Origin: Podarcis liolepis
Lineage: Eukaryota
DNA: 64,000 bases
Assembly (NCBI GenBank): GCA_965112155.1
Contig: OZ218103.1
Strand: one strand, 5' to 3'
Shown here: in pieces, positions 11,615 to 23,709 of the stretch
Position numbering within the stretch: position 1 is the stretch's first letter
Layout of the letters: each line of letters opens with the position of its first letter
Notes under the pieces: model-generated
The model's database searches: none
Seen by the model: the letters and a program-made list of their open reading frames with translations, nothing else
Told to the model about the DNA's origin: nothing
Made by a program: the position numbers and the translations under genes

Positions 11615-14600
11615 TAAGTGTTTCTGGGACTCTGAATTCCTGCTGGGGAATGAAAATCCATTGCTTTGTCTCCAGTCCACTTTCCCAGCTTGATCCTCTG
11701 AAATGTTTGGTTCAGAAGCATGAAGAAGGTGGAAAATTATCTAGATAAATTTATGTTTGGCTCCCTTCAACAGGTGCATAAGAAATGGAGCTTAGTTTGC
11801 CATAGGTCCAAGTTAAACTCTGTCTTAAGAAGGGGACTGGCTTCCACCGGTCACTATTTCCCATTAACGTGATGAATAGTCACATGGTTAATAGTTCTCC
11901 TTTGGGAATCACATACACTGAAACCCAAGACTCTACTCAGGCCCGAAGGGAAGTGTTGAGATATCCTAGCAGCTGGATTCATTTTCTCAATTTTCTATTG
12001 GCAAAATCAGGAACTGCAAGTTTCTAAAAAAATTTGGAGGAATTATTAGAGCCTTCTGCTGCCACCTGCTGGACCAGGATCGATTGCAGCACTCCAAATG
12101 TTTCCATTTTCCAATGCTCTTGATTCCCACCCACCCCCATTCTACACTCTCAATTTTTGCATATTGGCAGAGCAAGCAAGGGACTCCAACTCCATGAGAC
12201 GGGCCAAAGGAAAGAGACTTTCAGCTGTGCATTTAGACCTTGGGAGGAAATGGCAAGTTTTGAAGTTCAGAATATCTATGTATCTACAATCTTCTGGCTG
12301 CTAATACTTCTGGGTTTTTAAAGAACTTTTTAAAAATATGGTTGTTTGGCCATCTCTCAGGTGTGTGTGAGAGGATGCAGAAGCAGCTATCTAGACATGC
12401 AGATTGGGGTTCCAGGTGTGTGTGATTGTTTTTTTTTTGGGGGGGGGGTTCTTCAAGCTAGAACCAAATATAAAAGAAGAAAATTTCTAAACCCAAAACC
12501 TGTCCCTGGTCTCTGACCCATGGGTTTTATTTACGGGGGTTTGCCCATAATCTTATTTAAATTGCTGAGATAAATCTGTGTAGCTATTGCTCAAATCCTG
12601 AACTGGTGAATTAGCATTTCAAACATTTTATAATATGTATTAAAAGTAACAATGGAGGGTGTGTCAGGTAGTAGTAGTAGAAGAATGAATGAATGAATAA
12701 TGTATGATGTTGAACAAAGCCATTATGATACGTTTACATCTGCACAGCAAAGCAACACATATGGAGGGAATATGTACAGAACTTCTTCTAGATCTGAAAT
12801 GCCCCTCCCACATTATCTTTCTTAGGTAATGCCTACTTTTGGGGCCGAATTGCTACTGATGTGTAGTCGCTGTTCTCATGATCAACATCGGGCAAATTTC
12901 ACTACTGCGTGATTAACTTCCAGTCGCATGGCTACCACAGCCAACGCTGCTAGACAGCTCAATGATTTTAGCAAGGAACAAAGAGTCTTTTCACCTTTCT
13001 TGCACCTTCAACAACTCACTTAAAAGGCAGGCAGTGAATTTGACCTGCAAGGATAACCCCTATGGGACCCGGATATCACTTATCGAGTCTAAAGATTGTG
13101 CCCTAGTCTAGGCTGATGTGAAGTGCAGCACCCTTGGCTTGAGTTCTTTCCCCTTCCTTGCTTCAACCCCAGCACAAAAAAACCTGTCACCTTGGCTAGG
13201 AAACATACTACCTCAATCACAATCACACTTCAATCACCAGACTGTCTCTTTCTCAGCTCCTGTCCTTGGTTCTGAGTATTTACAGCCCATCTGTCAGTCT
13301 CAAACACACTTCTCATTCAAGAGGGGAATTAATCTCTCTCCTCCTCCACCTCCACCACACATTGCCATTTGCCATGAACTGCTTCCCTTTATCTCATCAA
13401 ACATTTTCTTTGACTTGGAAAATGCTTTGCACCCACCACATCTGGGCAGGTAACTGACTGCACTGTTACTTAGTTACCCCCTATATGGCTTTCCCAGCTA
13501 ACAGACATATTCACTGCAATTTTTAAAGTAGGTACAGAATTCAGATGCCACATGAGTGCCGTCTCTATGTCTGCACATTAAATAAGAGCCAAATTCTTGT
13601 AGAACATATCAGCAATGTGCCATTAATGTAGAGTACCCCATTCCAGATTCCCTAGCATTTTTGCTTGGGAAAGAAGGGTGTGTGTGACAAGGGTGGCAGT
13701 GACAAAGATATACTTCTGCAGAACTGACCCTCTCATTACTTTAATATCAACCCAGTGCAGGATTTAAGGTGGTGTGAGCTGTTCTGCCATACAGGGAGCT
13801 GAGCCATGGGGGCACACAATTGAGATGATCCATAATGGTGAAGATTTTGGGGTGCCAGATGTTGGCCTTGCAAAGGGTGCCATAGTTTGAAAGATTACCA
13901 AAGTCTGCCTCCAATCAACCTATGCTAACACTATGGTAACAGGAATTTCAGATTTCCTAAAGAGTGAAATATACTCCAATCCTATAATTGCCATTGGCAG
14001 TTCTTTTCAGATAGCTGAGAATAAAATGATAGAGGTGTTGTATGTGTTTTCCCAATACAACCCCATTGTCATTCTCAGATTTGTGCAGTACTTATTTTAT
14101 TGTTGTTGTTTTTAAAAAACCTTCATAAGCCAGTTGACTGTATGTTCCACAGGAAATAGCACCTGTATTAAACCACCTTCAACACTCTTATCTAAAAAAG
14201 CTTGCATCCTAAATGCTTATACTGCAACAGACATATGCACTTATAAGATAGATAGAGTGATCTTTATTACATTCCTCTAATTGTGCTACATGTTTTATTT
14301 AAATGTAATAAGTAAAGCCCAATGTGGAAATGATAAAAAAACCAAAGGATGTTAAACTGTGCACGCAGGCTTGCTGTCATTTACTGGTGTTTATATTAAA
14401 CACTGCCTCTTCCTGTCTTGTTCTTCTGCCAACATTAATGCCTGGCTAATGATGCAGATTGCAACTCCTGTGACAGAAGATAATTGTGCAGGCATGGTTC
14501 CTTCACACTTGAATTTACAGTGTCTGTTAGCATGGTAAAAGGAAGAGCAGAAGGGACTGCAAACAAACTTGGCTTGAAGTGAACCAAAAAAATTAATCTG

Positions 14601-14869
14601 CCTAACATTCACCCGCATATGTGGTTTCATATGCAGTTGCTAATGTGTGCAGTGTTCATCCACTAGCCCTCCTAGGCTAGATCAGTTTAAAACAGGTGAG
14701 AAGGCACTCATTCTTCACGTGGTGGATGTACAGGAAGTCAGTCTGGTTCTTTCCAGCTATTGTTGGACATCAGCCCCAGGCAGCATGGTCAGTGGTCAAG
14801 GATGCTGGGGCTGAAGGCAAACAATATCAGAGGGCACTGCATTGGCTACACGTGGATGAATACTGGGTT

Positions 14870-15045
14870 AGAAGATTTGGATTTAGGAGCCCTATGGTCA
14901 AAACCCCACGTGGACCATGAAGATCACTGGCTTGCTTTGAGCCAAACACTGTTTTTTAGCCTAGGGTTGTTGTAATGAAGACAAAGTGAGATAACTCCTT
15001 CCATGTACACTGTTCTGAACTCCTTGGACAAGGGATGAGATATAA
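14870..15045 (+). mobile_element. Old CORE/MIR-Squam3-like SINE remnant
   Basis: Decayed similarity to the SINE at 58234-58491 (...gagccaaacactg...agggttgttgt...). Confidence 0.4.
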
Positions 15046-15309
15046 TTGCAAGGGGCATATTTTATATTAGAAGTATATCCAAATTGTGAAAGTGTCTCTT
15101 GATTACCTAGATGGAGAATGCAAAGATATTTGTGTATGTGTGTGTAGAAACCTCTGTTTTTTATATGGCTGGTCTTTTCCACATCTGTTTATTCACCCAC
15201 CTTTGCCTCTGACTACACTCACTGGCTGCATCTAGCTGTGCTTGTCACTGGTGTGTAGCCAAGAGAAAACGTGGACTTTGGGATGAAAACGTTTCCTTCC
15301 CTGCCTGAT

Positions 15310-16140
15310 TTTGATTTTATTTCATAAAATTTATACACTGTAAAAAAAATAATCCCTCAAAGCAGTTTACAAAAAAAGATAAAACAATAAAATTTCCATC
15401 ATAAAAATTAACAACAATTTAAAACTTTCAAAAAGTTGAAATAACAATAAACTAAAAACTGATTAAAACTCACACCAACTTTCTAAACATCTGGGTAGGC
15501 TTGTCTAAATAAGAAGTTTTTAACAGGCATGGAAGGTGCTTGCCTGGTGTCAATAGGCACAGGGCTTTCCCAAATGTAGGTGCTGCCACACTAAAAGATC
15601 AAGTTCTTGTAGGTGATTGACTACATGGAATTGGCAGAAATGACTGGCAGAATCCGAGAACAGGGAGAAGAGTCGGTGAAAGAAGACTGGAAGAAATTCA
15701 AAGACTACTTACAGAAACATTGTAAAATTAATGAATGTTAGAAGGATGTTGGATAGAAACTAAGCGGTTTCCAGCTGTAATGTTTTAAGAGATATGGACA
15801 AAAAAAGGTTTCACAAATGGGTAAAAGTTTAATGGTAAGGATTTGCTGAACTAACAAATTGAACTGGAATACAAAGAAGGGAGGTACGAGGAGGTCCGAG
15901 GAAATAAGTGTATGGAAGTTATGTTATTGAAAATTAATGTGTGTTTTTAACTGTTTTTTTTAATTTGGTATGTTTATTCTTTTTTTTGTTATATCTTAAA
16001 AACTTTCAATAAATATCTTTTTTTTTAAAAAAAAAAAGATCAAGTTCTTGCAATGGGTATTATGGAACACCTGTAACAGTGCCAGTTCCGCCAGAAGCAG
16101 TTGTGTGGGCATGTATGGGGTAAGGCAGACTCATAGGTAA
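15310..16140 (-). mobile_element. L2-like LINE 3' fragment, interrupted by an L1 insertion
   Basis: L2-type 3' sequence (caaagcagtttac; ttcccaaatgtaggtgctgccacactaaaa) continues on the far side of the L1 TSD. Confidence 0.55.
15610..16033 (+). mobile_element. 5'-truncated L1-like LINE
   Basis: ORF2-like C-terminus VIDYMELAEMTGRIREQGEESVKEDWKKFKDYLQKHCKINEC* (15613-15741), AATAAA at 16008, A tail, 17-bp TSD aaaagatcaagttcttg (15593-15609 and 16034-16050). Confidence 0.85.
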
Positions 16141-17006
16141 ACAGAGCAAATGAGAATACAGTTGTGCGTAGAAGAGCTTTTGCGTTGCAGTTCAGCCATT
16201 ATATGAACAATGTGGAATTATTAATTGAGGACAGCGGAGCTGGGTGTTTAGTAATGCATCATCTAATGGACAGTATATGTGCCTGTTCTGTAGCAAGCAT
16301 CCTTCTTTTATGCTTTCAAAAAAATAAAAATGTAGCAGTAGCCCGAGGGAAAGAGGGGAGGGAAGAGAAACAATTTACCTTAATGACATGGTTTGCTTAA
16401 GAATTAAGTGTTGATGAAAGTTGAAAGCTAAAGCTTACTTTTTAATTCACAGACCAGCTGCAACACAGCATGAGGAGAGAGTGGGGGGTTGGCCGTTTCA
16501 TTTGCTAAAACACCTTTCTCCTGGTACGATGATGACTATACTCTTCAGTAATTCAATTTAATTGAAATGCCACGCTTGTTAAATCTAAGTCCTATATTGA
16601 TCAACATATGTCAACTGTGGAAAATTGCACTAAATTGTGTTACATTTCCTGGGATGAGTCAACTGTCCACTGGTGTCTGAAGCAAGCTTAGGCTACCGAG
16701 GTAAGATTGGACCAGGACTGATATTGCATCTAGAATTGGATTTTCTTATCAAGTCCTTTCTTTTCTTTTTAAAGAACAAATGAAAGAAAAGAGACATACC
16801 CAGAAAAACTGCAGGATCTCATAAGCGTTGGTAATCAGGCTATGCCAGCCCAGCACTCTTTAAGAGCAAATATTGCAGCAGCTAAACGTAGTGATGGCAA
16901 TGGGAAGATTAATATCAGACTGTACTTAAGCAGCAGAGTAGTTGTAACTACTTAGACCTGAGGTCTAAGGGCTGTAGGGCCAGTTCACATGTGATTCATT
17001 TCCTAC

Positions 17007-17286
17007 AAGAACATAAGTGCTCTGCTGCATCACACACAACACCAACCAGTCCAGCATCCTGCTCCCACAGTGGCTAACCAGATAACTGTGTGATAGTGCT
17101 CCCTCCTCATGATCCCAAGAAACTGGAATCCAGAGGCATTCTGCCCCTGATAGCGTAGATAATAGGTAGCCATTAGTAGCCAATGATAGCCTTAGCTTTG
17201 AATTTATCTAAGCCCATTTTAAAGCCATCCAAGTTAGTGGCCATCACTATATCTTCTTGTAGCAGATTCTATGGCTTAGCTATGCT
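17007..17286 (-). mobile_element. CR1 LINE 3' end
   Basis: aagaacataag tail and the ttttaaagccatccaagttagtggccatcac segment typical of reptile CR1 ORF2 end/3' UTR. Confidence 0.7.
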
Positions 17287-17374
17287 TTAGAATGCACAGA
17301 GTCAGTTGCCTGATCCACTAGGTTGCAGTAATGAAACAGAAACCCCAAACCACTTTCATTTTTTAAAGCCGAAA

Positions 17375-17513
17375 CATGGTGTTGAGGCTTTGGGCATCCA
17401 GATGTTGCTGGACTACAACTCACAGCATCCTTAAGAATAGGCCAAGCTGGCTGGAGCTGATAGGAGAAGGAATCCAACAACATCTGGAGAGTCCGAGGTT
17501 CTCCTCCCTGCCT
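17375..17513. mobile_element. ~130-bp hAT-like MITE
   Basis: tccagatgttgctgga...tccaacaacatctgga inverted arms. Confidence 0.65.
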
Positions 17514-18125
17514 TGGTTTAAATATGGCAGCAAGCCACACACCAGATTGTGTTCAGATCACTTCTCAACTTGGACAGACTAACCACATGGAGTTGAAGAG
17601 ATCAGCACCTGGCAGTTTCTCCTTTTCAAGTGAAGATTCTCAGTAGCAACTGATTACACTGCACTTTCAGTGTGTTGCTTCACCTGTTAAGTGCCTCTTG
17701 CGTAACACTTTGAATGATAGGTGCTTTTACTTTCAAAAGCATTCAGAAGCCATATTCAGGCACACACATGCACATGGCTTAATTGACGCTGTTTTCACAA
17801 GTCCTTCATGTCACCTGCAATATCAAGTCATTTAAGTGATATTTTCACAACCTATTTACTGAGGTACCTGCCAATCAATCCGCCCACACGGTAAAACAGA
17901 AAGTGTTTGGAGGATGGGAAGAGCTTGGAAAATGGCAGAGAAACTGTCACTTTCCTCCAATGGCAGTCATCATGGTAGCTTTGCTGGATTACATTGCTTG
18001 ACACTTCGCTGGAAATAAAATTTACAGGCTAAAGCCTCCACAATCTTGACAGCAAAAAAAGCCCTGCTCTGCAAATCAATAAAATTCCACCGAGAAGAGT
18101 GTGCCACACATGTGCACAAACACAT

Positions 18126-18206
18126 AGTGAAATTCTATATAGATCTACTCGGATATAAGCCCATTGAATTGATGGTCCCCAGGTAAGCTGGTTTAGGGCT
18201 GCAGCC
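18126..18206. mobile_element. ~85-bp palindromic MITE
   Basis: Family also present at 20326, 24081 and 24189 (tactc...taagcccattgaa...ggtaag...gctgcagcc). Confidence 0.5.
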
Positions 18207-18569
18207 AAAATAGATGCATTTTAGAAACACCCACCACTTTACTGCTTCTTTTCCTTTTAAATGTATAAAGGGAAATGCAACTGAACAGGACAAAAAGCTG
18301 TAGCCCTTTGACTGTCATTATATATAAGTAACATATAGTGTATCAGAATAATCTGTAATTTCAGACCTACTTTTATTTCACTATTTGTTTTATGCCTTTG
18401 TTTTCCTCTGTTTCTATCCCAGCAAACAATGAGTGCTTGAGGGCATGGCCAAGGGTTTGGGGCTTTGTCTGGTTACCTAGTCTGTAGCAAGCAGCACAGG
18501 AAAAGATTCGTTCAAGAACGCTGAAATGCCACTCAGTGTCCTTACTGCTTCTCTTTGCACAAGAGAGTT

Positions 18570-19080
18570 CAAGCGACAAGATATTTTGCAGTGTCCTCCA
18601 TGGAGGCAGACTTGTGGACACTAGTGTCATCAGTGAAGAATAGGAGCTGCACATTTTGCCATGTATCTCTGATTCTCCAAGGGCACAAGGACTCCAGGCT
18701 AATGAATGGTAGAAACAGGCAGTGGGTGGCATGGATAGAATCAGGGTGAAACCTGTGAATCCACTTGAGAGTATTGCCGTCTAGCCCACATTTAACTCGT
18801 TTGCTAACCAAAAAACATGGACAACTTTGTCAAATGCTTTGCTGAAATCAAGATAAATTACATGTGCAGCATTCCCACAACCCATTAAGCTAGTCACCGA
18901 AGTAAAAGATGGAGAGATAAAATTAGCCTGGCAGGATTTATTCTTGACAAAGTCATGCTGGCTCTTACTAATCATTGCATTTTAAATAAAACACAAATGA
19001 ACTCTTTTTATAATCTGTTGTAGTGTCTCCCCTTGTATCAAATATAAACTTGACCTGCAGTTTCCCAGAACTTCCTTTTC
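18570..19080 (-). mobile_element. Degenerate CR1 reverse-transcriptase fragment
   Basis: Peptides SQHDFVKNKSCQANFIS, VIYLDFSKAFDKV, KCGLDGNTLKWIH and FTDDT, spread over frameshifts. Confidence 0.9.
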
Positions 19081-20325
19081 CCTGTCTCCTTTCCACCTCA
19101 CCCACGGGCAAATTCAGAGTGGAGAAAGGCAAAAGGAGCAATAAAAGGTGGAGCTGGAATATAGGAGGTCCACAAAATATGGAGTAGTTGCCTATTTAAG
19201 TGACCCCCACATGTTGATATTGTGAAGTGTGCGCAGCACAGGGCAAAACAACAGCAAGCACATTCCCTCCTAGCAACTGTTTACAAAAGCAGATAGCTAC
19301 CTACCATTTATCTCGCAGAGCCGGACACCACCTATAAGCTGGAATGCCAAAGGTCATGTGTCCATGAGACCACTTCCCCCTGCTTGCTTTAGTGTGATAA
19401 AACCGAGAGCCTGCCCTGTTCTGATGAGTTGGCGCATCATGACTTCAGAACCATTATCTCAATTCTGAGTCACCTGCTGTGTGGCTATAGCAGCAACTTT
19501 GGCAGCTAAATGGTTTAAAGCACGTATCCTTTCATCTGCCAGACCCCCCTACAATACAAATGATGTTGGCATGGCTGCATTTTGTCTACAGCAATTCAAT
19601 AATTTGGAGACAACAATGTCTCACAGATCTCTGCTGGAAAGCATATTCAAACATGTACCATTGACTCCTGTGTTGATTACTCACACAGGGGGCTTAAAAA
19701 AGAATGCAGTCATCAGCAAACACAACAGTGCACACAGAAAACAGGAAGATGGAAGCATTCAAAAGTACTAAAGAAAACCCTCCCCGTGCTCTTGCCAAAC
19801 TCCTAATAATTTTGGCTTTCCAAAAAATAAAAAATAAAGTTGGATTATTCTGCTCTTCATGTATCAAAACAACCAATTAACACAGCTAATTAACGTCATG
19901 AACAGCAGTCAAAAGAATGGTAATTTAAATTCAGGATTTCAAAGCTTTGCTGATCGTGGGCCAATGCAGCTAAGCACAGGGAGGCTGAAAGTGTTTGCTT
20001 ATTGCAATACAATTTTATAGTGTACCATCAATTAGCAGCATCACAGGGAATGCTCACTCGCATGATTCATTTGTCTAATCAGAACAAAAAAAGGGACAAA
20101 AAAGAGGGGGAGAAATAACACTCCTTAATGTATGCAGTATCAATTTTTCCAAATAATTTATACCGTAGCTGGAAATGATTGTGAAGAACAAATTGTCCTT
20201 CTTTAAAGTGTACTGGCATACAGAGTTTGTTTTTCTTCCCTCTAGGGTGTTCAGAATATGAAATATGGCACAACAGGGTCAAAGAGTCATAGGACATTTT
20301 TGAAATCATTCCTTAAGAAGTTTGC

Positions 20326-20411
20326 AGCACAGCCCCAGACATGTCTGCTCAGATGTAAATCCCACTGAGTTCAATGGAACTTACTCCCAAGTAGGTGTGT
20401 ACAGGATTGCA
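20326..20411. mobile_element. ~85-bp palindromic MITE
   Basis: ctcagatgtaaatcccactgagttcaatggaacttactcccaagtagg...aggattgca. Confidence 0.6.
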
Positions 20412-20912
20412 AATTACTAGCAAAATAAAGACTGTCAGAGGATATCATGTTTTGCCCCTAGCATCTTGGTATCTTTTGGACACAAAATGCCTGTAGTGAA
20501 CATGGCCAAGAATATCCAGGAAAGGATATCGTAACTTCTGTTATGAAATTCTCTCTTGCCATTGCTTTCAACACTGCACACATCCTCATCATCCAGACGC
20601 TCTGCCTCTTGCTTCTTCCATGTGCACAGTGCACTGGTGCTGCCATCTTGCTTATAAACAGCCATTTCTTGTGTTTTCTGTCACATCTGCCCACTCTTTA
20701 GATTTTGAAGATTCTACCAGCAACCCATCCCTATCCTCAACACTTGAGAAGTTTACTCCTCTCTTCCAGTAAACTATTCTCCTAGATCATCTTTTCTTTC
20801 TTTCTTTCCTTCCTTCCTCCCTTCCTTCTTTCTTTTTTTGAAGTGGACTTTGCTGAGTTTCTAAAATTTCCTTCTAAGTTTGAGGTTGGAGAACTTTTAC
20901 CAGTTTCTTATA

Positions 20913-21153
20913 CAGTCGTACCTTGGACCTCAAACGCCTTGGCTCCCAAACAAATTGGCTCCCAAACTATCGAAACCCAGAAGTGAGTGTTCTAGTTTTT
21001 GAACAGTTTTCAGAAGCCAAACATCCAGCGTGGCTTCCGATTGGCTGCAGGAGCTTCCTGCAGCCAATCAGAAGCTGTGCTTTGGTTTCCGAACGTTTTG
21101 GAAGTCAAACGGACTTCCAGAACAGATTCCGTTTGGCTTCCAAGGTACGACTG
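20913..21153. mobile_element. Tc1/mariner (pogo/Tigger-like) MITE
   Basis: Perfect 14-bp TIR cagtcgtaccttgg/ccaaggtacgactg, TA on the left and CA on the right, internal 14-bp hairpin at 21039-21069. Confidence 0.85.
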
Positions 21154-23709
21154 CACTCTGCTTAACCAAACTGTAGCCTGGTTGCCAGTGGCAGCCAGTC
21201 TGGTGGGGGCAGAGCTACAGAATTGCTTTGCCAATGCTGGCACTGTTATAGCTTATCAAGATGGAAATGGGGCTGCATGGAAACTTCCACCACGGCCCTT
21301 TGCCATTACTGCCAGTGGGCCCCCACAACCTTGTCACCACGACTGCCCTGCTCTTCTCCAATCCCATCCAAGTAAACTGTAGAGACATGGCTCTCTTCCA
21401 CCATACTGGTTGCTCAACTGAATGAATTGTCTCCTTGATACTGGTGTCCTTGCTTCCCTCCTTCCAATTTTAGATAATAAGCTCCTCAGTCAGGAAACTG
21501 GTTTTTCATTCACTAGGTTGTAAAGTGCAAAGTACATGGATGATACTATATTATTAACAGACAGCAACAGCAACAATAATCATGGTTCTATTTCTATTAT
21601 ACAGAGAAACAGTGGTGAAAAAAGTTAACATGCAGCTCAGAGTGGTTTTCTGTAAATCCTTGGGACTATTACCACTTTTTAAGGCATAAAGCTCTAATGA
21701 AGATCTATAGACTCAATCTCCCGAAGTCACGGTTTGAATCCCTGCCTCCTTTTTATTAAGCTCTGGCCGCTCTTGCCCACTCAATCATCCTTAGCATAAA
21801 GGAGTGCATTAGCTGCTTCTTTCATCTTATATAGAAAGAGATTTTCATATCATGTTGCAGATTTTTGATAAAATGCCTAAATAATGGGCATTTATTAAAA
21901 GTCATGTGCTTTATGTGGATGTGCTATCAATTCTGGTAGTGAAAGACAGAGGCAGATGTAAAGGTCAGATCGTAATCAACAAGATGAAGCTGAAGGCCCA
22001 ACAATCATCCTATTTATTATGTATCTGATGTAGCTCATCTCCCACCTCCCAGAACATGAGATTCAACACAATGTACTTGTTTAGCCAACTTAGGGACTCA
22101 AAGCCACATCTTACAGCATGAAGACTGCTGTGTTTTGCCCTGTTTATCCTTTAGTTCTAAAAGTATTTCTGTGCAAAATCTGCCAGTCAGACAAGTCAGG
22201 AGGATGCTGTCTGAGTCATCCATAGTTATTTACTTATTGTTCACTTACTTAGAGTCATTAACCATAGAAAATAGTGCTGTTCTGTTCTAGTGGTTTCAGC
22301 TAGCACTGTAAAGAACATCTTTGGGTAGATCAAACCATAGGTTTTGGCTCCAACTATGTTTTATTCTGGAGAGCTTATCTCTGTGAGAATGAAGATAAAT
22401 TGCAATCTCTTAAGTTTTAGTTTCACATCAGGCATTGCAGCCTTCACCCAAGTTCCACAAAGTCTACCTTTTGTGAATTTACACCAATGACTAAACTTAA
22501 TCTGAACTTCATTTGTGTGCATTTTAATTGTGACTTAATGGATATGCAAAATGCTATACGTTACAATTAATAAGCCCAGCTAGCAGGGGGGAAAGGAAGT
22601 CTCATAATGCACCTTGTAGAGTCAGGCCATTATCAATCACCATTTTAATGAAGCATAATTACATCTGTTTATGGTTCCCACCAGGTAAGGCAATAATGGT
22701 AGGTGCAACCAAATAAACAGAGAAAACGAGTTGCTTCTTAGAGCTAATATTAATTGAACAACAGTAACTGGGCAGGCCAAAGCTGCCCCCCTACAAAGCC
22801 ATAAAAATAACAGTACTGGTTAAAATCCAAAAGAATATAAGTAATGTGAACTGGAAGTAGTTAATTAACAGTGCAGAAACCACTTTAGGTGAAGTAAAGC
22901 CACACACTATTGGGTCAGTTAAATTAAGAAGTCATTTCGGCACAGCCAGTATCTTCAGACCACATAATAGCTCATGAATTTTCCACTTAAAAAAATGTTG
23001 CTCTTTAGATGAATGTTGAAACAGGGGTTTCACTTTAGTTCAGATGTTCAAATGCATCATTTCCAGTAGTGGATGGCTTGGTGGGGCACCACCAGTCACT
23101 CAACCTCTGGTTGGCCATGATACTACTGCTTTCTGAGAGGCAGAGCTAGGAGATGAGGCAGTGGGCAGATTAGCATGGTGCAAATACATGGGCTGGAGAG
23201 CTAGATTTGCTCTGCCAGTGTGTTCACACCACCCTCTACTCCCTCAAACTTCTCAACTGAGCAGAGACATGGGCAATTTGAATTTCCACTGCCTTATTCA
23301 CATTTCTGATAGACAACTGGAGGTCAGGAGCGAGATCAGCAGGCACTATCCCAGTCCCTGTCCATTCATGCATTGAAAGAACATGTGAAAAACACATGAT
23401 ACAATTCTGCTGATGAAGTTAAGCAGGTCTGGCCTGGCCATGTAAGCTGCATCACTGAGAAACAGCATGGGAACCATATTTAAGCAGCTCCAAGCTCTTT
23501 GGGGGAAGAAGCAGATATACTGTATGAGTTCCCTGAGCTCCTGCTATCTATAGTAAGAGATGAAAGAACTCTTTCAAATCTATGCCTCAGTGCCTCATGC
23601 ATGTAAGTAGCAGGAGGCAAATATGTATAGAAGCACAAGTTCAGAAGAAACAGTGTTTGTTTGGGAATGTGTTGGGCTAAAGAAATAAGCTTTGATACAC
23701 AGACTAGAA

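Noticed and set aside
19421-19468. TGATGA...CTGA resembling a C/D snoRNA
   Set aside because: Too short, no terminal stem, and antisense to the host transcript.
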